From Acidimicrobiales bacterium (GTDB taxonomy: Bacteria > Actinomycetota > Acidimicrobiia > Acidimicrobiales > VFJN01): DNA of 64,000 bases. The stretch lies in contig JAUXRW010000069.1 in the NCBI GenBank assembly GCA_030681555.1, positions 702-64,701 of the forward strand, written 5' to 3'. A program made the translations under genes and the position numbers. The notes beneath the pieces were generated by a model, which saw nothing but the letters and a program-made list of their open reading frames with translations, did no database searches and had not been told where the DNA came from. Positions 18,340-26,525 of the stretch are shown piece after piece (position 1 is the stretch's first letter; each line of letters starts with the position of its first letter).

Positions 18340-18506
18340 CTACGCGCTCAAGACAAACCCGAGGTAGCCCTCGGCGGCGACCATGTCGCACTGCTCGGCG
18401 TAGCTGTTGAAGCCGGGCAGGGCATGAACACCCGGGTCTTGCCGGGGACGTTGGTCCCGAGGTACCACGAGTTGCACGTGGGGAACAGCGTGAAGCCCGC
18501 GATCAT
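18340..18506 (-). pseudogene. C-terminal stub of a Baeyer-Villiger flavin monooxygenase (frameshifted)
   Basis: IAGFTLFPTCNSWYLGTNVPGKTRVFMP, then, in a shifted frame, LPGFNSYAEQCDMVAAEGYLGFVLSA*. Only about the last 55 codons of an enzyme of about 540 aa are present. Confidence 0.6.
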
Positions 18507-18578
18507 GTTGACCGATCCACCTCGCGACCGTAGATCAGAACCTGACCGCGCGGTCAAGGTGCGGCGGACGCCGGGCGG

Positions 18579-18782
18579 TCAGTCCCGCTTGCGCTTGTCC
18601 TGGTTGCGCCGGCGCCGGCGCTCGTCGAGGTAGCGCTCCACCGGCACGCCGGCCTCGGCGGCCTTGTGCTCCAGGTTCCGAGCGTCCTCGGCGACCCGCT
18701 GCTGCCGGAGCTCGTCCTCGGTCATCCCGAGCTTGGCCGCCTCCGCCGCTCGTCGGGCGATGCGGGCGGGGTCCTTGGTCAC
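18579..18782 (-). CDS. small highly basic hypothetical protein
   Basis: 67 aa, MTKDPARIARRAAEAAKLGMTEDELRQQ...RRRRRNQDKRKRD. GC3 is high. Confidence 0.55.
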   Translation of the reverse strand: MTKDPARIARRAAEAAKLGMTEDELRQQRVAEDARNLEHKAAEAGVPVERYLDERRRRRNQDKRKRD

Positions 18783-18823
18783 GGCGCCAGGGTAATCCGG
18801 CGGGGGTCACTACCCTCGGGGCC

Positions 18824-19216
18824 GTGCTCCACCACCTGACGCTCTGGGTGCCGGACCTCCAGCGGGCCGGCCCGTCCTGGCGGTGGCTCCTCGGGGAGCT
18901 CGGGTACCGGCTCGATCGCGCCCACGACGACCGCGTCCTCGTCTTCCGGCACCCCGGCGGCGTGGCGGTGGTGCTCGAGCAGTCCGCGGACATGGTGCCT
19001 GGTATGCTCCACAGCCGGCTCCGACCCGGCTTGAACCACGTGGCCTTCACGGTGGACGCCGACCGGGTGCTGACCGACGTGGTGGCGGAGGCCTTGCAGC
19101 ACGGGTGGTCCACGCTCCCGATCGACGCCCACCCGATCGCCGGGGGCGCGCACGTGGCCTACTTGGAGGACCGCGACGGCTTCGAGGTCGAGCTCGTCGC
19201 GGCCCCGGCGCGGTAA
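18824..19216 (+). CDS. VOC (glyoxalase/bleomycin-resistance/dioxygenase) family protein
   Basis: LHHLTLWVPDL...LNHVAFTV...YLEDRDGFEVELV pattern. Confidence 0.8.
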   Translation: MLHHLTLWVPDLQRAGPSWRWLLGELGYRLDRAHDDRVLVFRHPGGVAVVLEQSADMVPGMLHSRLRPGLNHVAFTVDADRVLTDVVAEALQHGWSTLPIDAHPIAGGAHVAYLEDRDGFEVELVAAPAR

Positions 19217-19230
19217 CGCCACGGCGCTGC

Positions 19231-19256
19231 AAGAACGAGAACATGTTCTCGTTCTT
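19231..19256. promoter_or_regulatory. 26-bp perfect AT-rich palindrome, KstR/TetR-operator-like core GAGAACATGTTCTC
   Basis: aagaacgagaacatgttctcgttctt is fully self-complementary and about 35% GC in a genome of about 70% GC. It lies 15 nt after the VOC stop and about 40 nt before the acyl-CoA synthetase stub. Confidence 0.6.
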
Positions 19257-19294
19257 TGGCACGGTCCTGGGGTCTCGTACCTGCCTCAGGAGGG

Positions 19295-19509
19295 CCCCCA
19301 CGGGCGGACCGTCACGGCGGTGGTGCAGCCGCACCGGGCTCCCGTCACGATCGAGGAGCTCGCCCCACCGTCGCCAGCACCTTGCCGGCTACGAGCTGCC
19401 CGAGCACGTGGTGGTGTCCCACGAGGTGGTGCGGTCACCGGCCGGGAACGCCGACTACCGCAGGGCGGTCGACACGGCGACGCAGGCGGTCAGTCCGCCG
19501 ACTGCGTGA
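19295..19509 (+). pseudogene. C-terminal stub of an AMP-dependent acyl-CoA synthetase/ligase (frameshifted)
   Basis: GRTVTAVVQPHRAPVTIEEL, then, in a shifted frame, RRQHLAGYELPEHVVVSHEVVRSPAGNADYRRA. This is the typical FadD C-terminal subdomain. The remaining roughly 450 codons are absent. Confidence 0.6.
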
Positions 19510-20095
19510 CGTCGAAGACCTTCCATCCCTCGGTCGGGCTCAGCCGCAGGAGGTAGTGCGTCGTCCCGCCTTCGTAGGTGAAGGCGCAGTCGGCGTGCGG
19601 ATCGGGCTCGTCGACCTCCGTGCACCCCTGGAAGGTGTCGGCGGCTCCCTCGCCGTCCCGGTCGAACAGCTCAGCGAGGGCGTCGTCCTCCATCAGGCGG
19701 GCGGCGCACGTCCGGTCGCCGAGCACCCAGGCGTCGAAGACGGTCTCGGCCGTGAGCCCGGGGGTCGCGGGGTTGGCGCCGGCGGCGGTGCACGCGTCGG
19801 GATCGAGCGTCACCGGCGGTGCCTCGGCGGCGGGGGCGTCGGTGGTGGTGGGCGCGGCGTCGGTGGTCGGGCCGGCAGTGGCCGTCGCCGACGTCGTCGA
19901 GGCCGACGTCGTGGTGACGGATGCGTCGGTCGCGGTGTCGTCGTCATCGTCGTCACCTCCGAGCAGGACGACGGCGAGCACGACAGCGAGGATCAGTGCC
20001 AGCAGCCCGGCGACCATCCACGGTCGGCGATCCGGCGGCGGCGCAACCTCGGTGAAGGTCTCGTAGGCGCGTGTGGGTTCGCCGGGATCGGTCAT
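19490..20095 (-). CDS. membrane-anchored hypothetical protein with Thr/Ala-rich linker
   Basis: MTDPGEPTRAYE..., TM WMVAGLLALILAVVLAVVLL, an Asp run and a T/A linker, then a Cys-containing C-terminal domain. Confidence 0.7.
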   Translation of the reverse strand: MTDPGEPTRAYETFTEVAPPPDRRPWMVAGLLALILAVVLAVVLLGGDDDDDDTATDASVTTTSASTTSATATAGPTTDAAPTTTDAPAAEAPPVTLDPDACTAAGANPATPGLTAETVFDAWVLGDRTCAARLMEDDALAELFDRDGEGAADTFQGCTEVDEPDPHADCAFTYEGGTTHYLLRLSPTEGWKVFDVTQSAD

Positions 20096-20126
20096 GGCGC
20101 CCAACGTACTGCCGGGGGTGGGTGGG

Positions 20127-20546
20127 TCAGCGGGATCGGACGAGCGCCACCCAGGGGCCGACGATGGGCAGGGGGCAGAGCACCGTCGCGGCCTGCACCA
20201 GCCACGGGACCGTCTCCGTCGACGGGGCCTGGTACGTCCGCAGGACGAGCCCCCGCTTCGGGTGGTCGCTCACGACGTACCACCCCTCGGGTACGGCGCA
20301 CCCCCGTTCGCCGAGCAGCTTGGCGGTGCGTTGGCCGGCCGCGTGCTGGAGCCCGATCTCACCCGGGGTCCAGGTCGCCAGAGGCACGACCGGACCGCGG
20401 TTCCCGAACAGCTCGCCCAACCCCGACCGGGACGGCACCTCGTCGGTGTCGACGCCGGGGGAGAGGTTGGCGAAGACGGCGCCATCGAGGAGGGGGAGCA
20501 GCTCGTCGACGTCGCCGCCCGGCAGCTCAACGCGAATGTCCGGCAC
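20127..20546 (-). CDS. hypothetical protein
   Basis: 139-aa ORF with high GC3. No family recognised. Confidence 0.6.
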   Translation of the reverse strand: MPDIRVELPGGDVDELLPLLDGAVFANLSPGVDTDEVPSRSGLGELFGNRGPVVPLATWTPGEIGLQHAAGQRTAKLLGERGCAVPEGWYVVSDHPKRGLVLRTYQAPSTETVPWLVQAATVLCPLPIVGPWVALVRSR

Positions 20547-20577
20547 CGTCGGACCGTAGCCCTCCTACCCTGGTCGG

Positions 20578-21531
20578 GTGACCGCCGCCCCGGCCCTTCC
20601 CCTCGCCGCGCCGGCCAAGCGAACCGGGATGGGCGTGCTGTCCGCGGTGACGGCCGTGGTGGTGTGGGGCACGTCGTCGGTGCTGATCAAGGAGGTCGAC
20701 GGCCTCAACGGCGTGGCCATCTCCGCCTACCGGCTCTGGATCGGGGCCGTCCTGATCAGTGCGGTGTTCCTGCTGTCGGGCGGCCGGGTCACCTGGGCGC
20801 TGCTCCGCCTGTCGTTCTGGGGCGCCATCGCCTTCCTGGCCGACATCATCCTGTTCTTCAGCGCGCTCCAGGAGACGAGCGTGGCCAACGCCACGGTGAT
20901 CGGGGCCCTCCAGCCGCTGCTGATGCTGGCTGTGGCCGGCCCGCTGTTCGGGGAGCGGCCCCGCTGGACCGACGGCGCGTGGGGGTGCGTGGCGGTGGCG
21001 GGTGCCGCCCTCGTCGTGCTGGGCGGTGACGGTGGGGGGGTCAACAGCGCGGCCGGCAACCTGCTTGCCGTCGGGGCTCTCGCCGCCTGGACCTGGTACT
21101 TCATCGCCTCCAAGACGGCCCGTACACGACTCACCAGCTTCGAGTACCTCACGGGCATCTCGATCGTCTCCGCCCTCGTCGTGATCCCCGTCCCGTTCCT
21201 GCTCGATCAGCCGCTGGGCTCGCCGACGGGGGAGGCGTGGGCACTGATCGCCGCCATCGCGGTGATCAACGGAGCCCTCGGACACTTTCTGATGAACTGG
21301 TCGCACGCCCACATCCCACTGGTGGCGATGTCACTGCTCACCCTCGGGATCCCGGTGGTGTCGGCGGCCAGCGCTGCGCTGTTCATCGACGAGCCGCTCG
21401 TCGCGATCCAGGTGGTCGGTATGGCGGTGGTCGTGGGTGCGCTCGGCGTGGTGTCGGTGCACGGCGCCCGCCGCACGCCGCACACGGCGGAGGACGAAGG
21501 GCAAGCGGTCGCCTTGGTGCCGGAGCCCTGA
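20578..21531 (+). CDS. EamA/DMT family transporter
   Basis: Ten hydrophobic segments forming a duplicated EamA-like layout. Confidence 0.85.
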   Translation: MTAAPALPLAAPAKRTGMGVLSAVTAVVVWGTSSVLIKEVDGLNGVAISAYRLWIGAVLISAVFLLSGGRVTWALLRLSFWGAIAFLADIILFFSALQETSVANATVIGALQPLLMLAVAGPLFGERPRWTDGAWGCVAVAGAALVVLGGDGGGVNSAAGNLLAVGALAAWTWYFIASKTARTRLTSFEYLTGISIVSALVVIPVPFLLDQPLGSPTGEAWALIAAIAVINGALGHFLMNWSHAHIPLVAMSLLTLGIPVVSAASAALFIDEPLVAIQVVGMAVVVGALGVVSVHGARRTPHTAEDEGQAVALVPEP

Positions 21532-21544
21532 CGGCCCCGCCGCG

Positions 21545-22939
21545 CTAGCGGCCGCCCAGGTCGCCCTGCACCAAGGTCCGCAGCCAGTGCGCGCTGGCCT
21601 TGGGGGTGCGCACGAGCGTGCGGAAGTCCACGTGGACGACTCCGAAGCGGTGGGCGTACCCCTCGGCCCACTCGAAGTTGTCGAGGTACGACCACACGAA
21701 GAACCCGCGCAGGTCCACGCCGGCCGCCACCGCGGCACGGGCGGCCTCGACGTGGCCTTCCAGCCACGCGATGCGGGCTCGGTCGTCGATGGTGCCGTCC
21801 GGCCCGACGTCGTCGTCGTAGGCCGCGCCGGCCTCGTGCACGTAGAGCGGCGGTGGGTCGTAGGCCTCCGACACCGCCAGGAGCGCTTCGGTGAGGCCGT
21901 CCGGCTCGACCGCCCACCCGCCGTCGGTGACCGGGCCGACGGGCCGCACGAGCTCGACGTCCGGTGAGCCCGGCCACTGCGACGCCGGCGGCTGCGCCGA
22001 CGCTCCGCGGCGGTGGCGGACGTGGTGACGCCGGTAGTAGTTGAGCCCCAGGGCGTCGAGCGGGCGGGAGATCTGGGAGAGGTCACCGTCGCGGATGTGC
22101 TCGAGGTCGCTCACCGCACTGAAGTCCGCCAGCACGTCGTCGGGGTAGCGGCCCTGCAGGACGGCGTCGTACCAGAGCCGGTTGGCCACCCCGTCGACCC
22201 GCCGCGCCGCGTCCCGGTCCGCGTCGCTGTCGCCCGCCGGCACGATCGGGTACGGGTTGAGGGTGATGGCGACCTCGGGGTCCGGGATCTCCGCCCGCAG
22301 CGCGTCCACGGCGAGGCCGTGGCCGAGCAGCAGGTGGTGGGCGGCCGCGACCGCTGCGCCCGGGTCGTTGCGACCGGGGGCGTGGAGGCCGGCGGCGTAC
22401 CCGAGCATCGAGGCGCACCAGGGTTCGTTGACCGTGCTCCAGTGCCGGACGCGGTCGCCGAGGGCGGCGGCGGCGATGGCGGCATAGTCGCCGAAGCGGC
22501 TCGCCGTGTCCCGTTCGGGCCAGCCCCCGTCGTCCTCGAGCGCCTGGGGCAGATCCCAGTGGTAGAGCGTGGCGAAGGGCTCGATGTCATGGGCCAGCAG
22601 CTCCTCGACGAGGCGCCGGTAGAAGTCCAGCCCCTCCTCGTTGACCCGGCCCCGCCCGAGCGCCTGCACGCGCGGCCAGGCGATCGAGAAGCGATAGGCG
22701 GGCACCTTCAGCTCGGCGAGGAGGGCGACGTCGGCGACCATGCGCGCCCGATGGTCGGCGGCGGTACCGGGGTGGTGGCCGCCGCGGACCCGACCCGCGT
22801 GCCCGGCGAACGAGTCCCAGATCGAGGGCCCGCGGCCGTCCCGGTCGATGCCGCCCTCGATCTGGGCCGCGGAGGTGGCGAGGCCCCAGACGAACCGGTC
22901 GGGCGGCCCGGGTGGCTGCCCCGGCTCGTCGGCAGACAC
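21545..22939 (-). CDS. GH1 beta-glucosidase
   Basis: FVWGLATSAAQIEG, TLYHWDLPQAL, TVNEPW and YVHEAG...SYLDNFEWAEGY motifs. GTG at 22937-22939, directly after the upstream stop. Confidence 0.9.
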   Translation of the reverse strand: MSADEPGQPPGPPDRFVWGLATSAAQIEGGIDRDGRGPSIWDSFAGHAGRVRGGHHPGTAADHRARMVADVALLAELKVPAYRFSIAWPRVQALGRGRVNEEGLDFYRRLVEELLAHDIEPFATLYHWDLPQALEDDGGWPERDTASRFGDYAAIAAAALGDRVRHWSTVNEPWCASMLGYAAGLHAPGRNDPGAAVAAAHHLLLGHGLAVDALRAEIPDPEVAITLNPYPIVPAGDSDADRDAARRVDGVANRLWYDAVLQGRYPDDVLADFSAVSDLEHIRDGDLSQISRPLDALGLNYYRRHHVRHRRGASAQPPASQWPGSPDVELVRPVGPVTDGGWAVEPDGLTEALLAVSEAYDPPPLYVHEAGAAYDDDVGPDGTIDDRARIAWLEGHVEAARAAVAAGVDLRGFFVWSYLDNFEWAEGYAHRFGVVHVDFRTLVRTPKASAHWLRTLVQGDLGGR

Positions 22940-22941
22940 CG

Positions 22942-24147
22942 TCAGGAGCGAATGGCCAGGCCCGGGCCTGGCTCGAAGAGGTGGACCTGGTCGACGGCGA
23001 CGGCGACTTCGAGGACGTCGCCCACCCGGGCCCGGCTCTGGGGGGAGAACCGGGCCACGATCGTCGCCTGGCCGTGCTGGGCCTGCCGCTCGAGCAGCTC
23101 GATGGCTGCGTTGTCGATGCCCGCCGCCAGGTCCCGGGCCTCGTCGGTGACCGCGGCCTGCGCGTCGACGCGGAGATGGAGGAGGAGCTCGGCGCCCAGC
23201 GCCTCCCGCAGCTCCACCTCGGCGCGCAGGCGGCACCCCGACGGGACACCGTCGAGGGTGGCGTCGGAGAGGGCTTCGGGCCGGATGCCGACGATGACGT
23301 CGCGCCCGTCGAAGGACCGGATGGCGGGGCGCTCGGCCAGCATCGCGGGGGGCAGCTCGAGTGATTCCTCGCCGATCGCCACCGTGGCGCCGTCTCCGGT
23401 GACGGCCAGGTGCCCGACCAGCAGGTTCATCGACGGTGAGCCGATGAACGCCGCCACGAAGATGTTGAGCGGCTCGCTGTAGAGCACCTCCGGCTCGGCG
23501 ACCTGCTGGAGGGCGCCGTCCCGCAACACGGCCACGCGGTCGCCCATCGTCATGGCCTCCACCTGGTCGTGGGTGACGTACACGGTGGTGGTCTTCAGCT
23601 CCCGCTGCAGTCGGGCGATCTCGGCCCGGACCTGGACGCGCAGCTTGGCGTCGAGGTTGGAGAGCGGCTCGTCCATCAGGAAGACCGAGGGGTCGCGGAC
23701 GATGGCGCGCCCCATCGCCACCCGCTGGCGCTGGCCGCCGGAGAGCTGGCCGGGCTTGCGGTCGAGCCACTCCTCGAGCTGCAGCGTGGCGGCTGCGGCC
23801 TTTACCCGCTTGTCGATCTCCTCCCGGCGCGTGCCCTGGAGCTTGAGGGCGAACCCGATGTTCTGGGCGACGGTCATGTGCGGGTAGAGGGCGTAGTTCT
23901 GGAAGACCATGGCCACGTCGCGGTCCTTGGGCGGCAGGTCGTTCACCACGTTGTCGCCGATGCGCAGGACCCCGCTCGTGATGTCCTCCAGCCCGGCGAT
24001 CATGCGCAGGGCCGTGGACTTCCCGCAGCCGGACGGACCGACGAGGACGAGGAACTCGCCGTCGGCGATGTCGAGGTCGAGCTCGCGCACGCCCACGTGC
24101 CCGTTGTCGTACACCTTGGTGAGCTGCTCGAGGGTGACGGCGGCCAT
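22942..24147 (-). CDS. msiK: sugar ABC transporter ATP-binding protein (MsiK/MalK/UgpC type)
   Basis: GPSGCGKST, LSGGQRQRVAMGRA, FLMDEPLSNLD, and a C-terminal regulatory domain. Confidence 0.9.
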   Translation of the reverse strand: MAAVTLEQLTKVYDNGHVGVRELDLDIADGEFLVLVGPSGCGKSTALRMIAGLEDITSGVLRIGDNVVNDLPPKDRDVAMVFQNYALYPHMTVAQNIGFALKLQGTRREEIDKRVKAAAATLQLEEWLDRKPGQLSGGQRQRVAMGRAIVRDPSVFLMDEPLSNLDAKLRVQVRAEIARLQRELKTTTVYVTHDQVEAMTMGDRVAVLRDGALQQVAEPEVLYSEPLNIFVAAFIGSPSMNLLVGHLAVTGDGATVAIGEESLELPPAMLAERPAIRSFDGRDVIVGIRPEALSDATLDGVPSGCRLRAEVELREALGAELLLHLRVDAQAAVTDEARDLAAGIDNAAIELLERQAQHGQATIVARFSPQSRARVGDVLEVAVAVDQVHLFEPGPGLAIRS

Positions 24148-24169
24148 GTGAGGAGTCTCCTGTGCTCGG

Positions 24170-25123
24170 CTAACCCTTGACGGAGCCCGCGAGCAGCCCG
24201 CGGACGAAGAAGCGCTGCAAGGCGAAGAACACGGCCAGTGGCAGTGCCGTCGACACGAACGCCGCCGCCGTGAGCAGGTGCCAGTCCTGCCCCCGCCCCC
24301 CGGAGAGGGTGGCGAGACGGATCGTCATCGGCGAGGCATCGGGGGCCCCGCCGACGAACGTGAGGGCGACGAGGTAGTCGTTCCACACCCACAGGAACTG
24401 GAAGATCCCGAAGGCGGCGAGCGCCGGCACCGACAGCGGCAGCACGAGGCGCCAGAAGATCGTGGGGTGGTCGGCGCCGTCGATGCGCGCCGCCTCCATG
24501 ATCTCCCTGGGCAGGGACGCCATGAAGTTGTGGAGCAGGAAGATGGCGAGGGGCAGGGCCGACCCGACGTGGGTGATCCAGACCGCTGTCGGGGAGCCCG
24601 CGAGGTCGAGGTCGGGGAAGAGCGTCAGGGTCTCGCCGAACACGGTCAGGTGGGCGCCACCGGTGTACAGCTGGAGCAGCGGGACGAGCGACATCTGCAG
24701 CGGCACCGCCAGCAGCGCCACGACGGCGACGAACATCCAGCCTCGGCCACGGAAGTCCATCCACGCGAAGGCATACGCCGCGAACGCGGCGAGGGCGAGC
24801 GGGATGAGCGTGGCGGGCACGGTGATGGCCAGCGAGTTCCGGAAGTGCTGCCACATGTTCGGGGCGTCGGTCCCGGCCGTCGAGAAGACGGCCTCGTAGT
24901 TCTCCATGGTCAGCTGGGGGTCTGTGAGCGCCGTCCACCAGCCGGTGGTCTTCACGGCCTGCTCGGCCCGGAAGGACGAGACGAACATGCCGAGCGTCGG
25001 CAGCGTCCACACGGCGACGATGAGCCAGAGCACCACGGTCGGGATCGAGCCGAGCGCAGCGTGGAGGCGGCGGCCGATCGGCCGAGGCGGAGCGGCCGGC
25101 GGGACCTGGGCGACGGCGGTCAC
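24170..25123 (-). CDS. carbohydrate ABC transporter permease (CebG/MalG-like)
   Basis: EAARIDGA...FWRLVLP EAA loop. The GTG at 25121-25123 overlaps the upstream stop (GTGA). Confidence 0.9.
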   Translation of the reverse strand: MTAVAQVPPAAPPRPIGRRLHAALGSIPTVVLWLIVAVWTLPTLGMFVSSFRAEQAVKTTGWWTALTDPQLTMENYEAVFSTAGTDAPNMWQHFRNSLAITVPATLIPLALAAFAAYAFAWMDFRGRGWMFVAVVALLAVPLQMSLVPLLQLYTGGAHLTVFGETLTLFPDLDLAGSPTAVWITHVGSALPLAIFLLHNFMASLPREIMEAARIDGADHPTIFWRLVLPLSVPALAAFGIFQFLWVWNDYLVALTFVGGAPDASPMTIRLATLSGGRGQDWHLLTAAAFVSTALPLAVFFALQRFFVRGLLAGSVKG

Positions 25124-26457
25124 TCCGCGGCGCTCCGCAGTCGGCGGACGTTGATGATCATGAGCGGCACCACGGCCACGAACAGCAGGACCGCCAACGC
25201 CGACCCGCGCCCGAGGTCGCGGTTGATGAACGACTCGTCGTAGATCTGGTTGGCGAGGACGTTGGTGCCGAACTCGCCGTTCGTCATCACCTTCACGACG
25301 TCGTACACCTTGAGCACCACGATGATGAGCGTCGTCACCACCACCGCGATGGTGGGGCGGATCTGCGGGATCGTGATCCGCCAGAACACCTGGGCGTCGT
25401 TGGCACCGTCGACGCGGGCCGCTTCGAGCAGCTCCGTCGGCACGGCCTTGATGGCCGCCGAGAGAACCACCATGGCGAACCCGGTCTGGATCCAGATCAT
25501 GATCGCGATCAGGAACATGGTGTTCCACGGGGCCTGCTGGATCCAGGCCTGGGGCTCGCCGCCACCGCCTACCCAGAGCCCGTTGAGCACGCCGATCTGG
25601 TCGCGGCCCGCCGGCGTGTAGGCGTAGACGAACCGCCAGATGACGCTGGCGCCGACGAAGCTGATCGCCATCGGCATGAAGATGAGCGACTTCGCCACCG
25701 ACTCGCCTCGCGCCCGGTCGGCCAGCACGGCCAGGACCAGCCCCATCACCGTGCTGATCATCGTCACGAAGACGACCCAGTAGAGGTTGTTCCAGAGCAC
25801 GGCCCGCAGGGACCCGACCATCGCCAGCACGACGAGGATCGCCGCGGTCGTCATCGAGATCAGCGGGAGCGGCGCGCCCAGGTCGACATCCCGGTCGGCC
25901 AGCCGCGCCCGCACGACGGTCAGCGCCGTCACCGCGACGAGGAGCCCGATGCCGATGAGGAACAGGCGGCTGGACACGATGTCCCCGGCGCCGCCGAGCG
26001 TGAAGATCCCCCGGTCCCGGAAGATCGACCGAAAGTTCTCGAAGCCGACGAGCTCCTCGCCGCGCCGCCCCCGGAAGCTGAGGTAGACGGTCCGGATCGT
26101 CGGCGCCACGAGCGAGACGATCAGGAAGAGAAAGGCCGGGGCCAGGAAGACGGCGGGGCGCAGGCGCTCGACGAGGCGTCGACGACGGGCCAGCGGCGGC
26201 GGGCGTAGGCCGCGGAGCGCACCGGCGACCGCCCCCAGCACCGCCCCGCCGCTCGGCCACAGCGACCCGCCGAGGAACCAGCCCCCGCTGTTCGCCACCG
26301 CCCCGACGAAGGCACCGATGGCGGCGCCGCTGGCGGCCGCGAACAGCTGGTAGCGACCGACCGCCTGGTCGAGGACGGCGTTGACGAGGACGAACAGGCC
26401 GACGGTTACGCCCACCGCGACCCCGACCCCGGCGATGATCTGGCCGAGCTCTGCCAC
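25120..26457 (-). CDS. carbohydrate ABC transporter permease (CebF/MalF-like) with an N-terminal Gly/Ala-rich TM extension of about 100 aa
   Basis: EAARVDGANDAQVFWRITIP EAA loop. Extra N-terminal helices are present. Confidence 0.85.
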   Translation of the reverse strand: MAELGQIIAGVGVAVGVTVGLFVLVNAVLDQAVGRYQLFAAASGAAIGAFVGAVANSGGWFLGGSLWPSGGAVLGAVAGALRGLRPPPLARRRRLVERLRPAVFLAPAFLFLIVSLVAPTIRTVYLSFRGRRGEELVGFENFRSIFRDRGIFTLGGAGDIVSSRLFLIGIGLLVAVTALTVVRARLADRDVDLGAPLPLISMTTAAILVVLAMVGSLRAVLWNNLYWVVFVTMISTVMGLVLAVLADRARGESVAKSLIFMPMAISFVGASVIWRFVYAYTPAGRDQIGVLNGLWVGGGGEPQAWIQQAPWNTMFLIAIMIWIQTGFAMVVLSAAIKAVPTELLEAARVDGANDAQVFWRITIPQIRPTIAVVVTTLIIVVLKVYDVVKVMTNGEFGTNVLANQIYDESFINRDLGRGSALAVLLFVAVVPLMIINVRRLRSAAE

Positions 26458-26525
26458 CTACCCCCCTCCGGTCATGGGTGGCGGCCCGGGGGCCGATCGC
26501 CCCCGGAGCCGCCACCATCAACTGA

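Noticed and set aside
19231-19256. Interpreting the AGAAC-N2-GTTCT palindromes (also 60689 and 11303) as lineage-specific LexA boxes.
   Set aside because: A perfect canonical TCGAAC-N4-GTTCGA box sits in front of imuA' at 60782. The half-site spacing of the palindromes (N2) differs from it.
24148-24169. An msiK RNA motif upstream of the MsiK-like ATPase.
   Set aside because: Only 22 nt separate it from the preceding permease gene, so there is no room for a structured leader.
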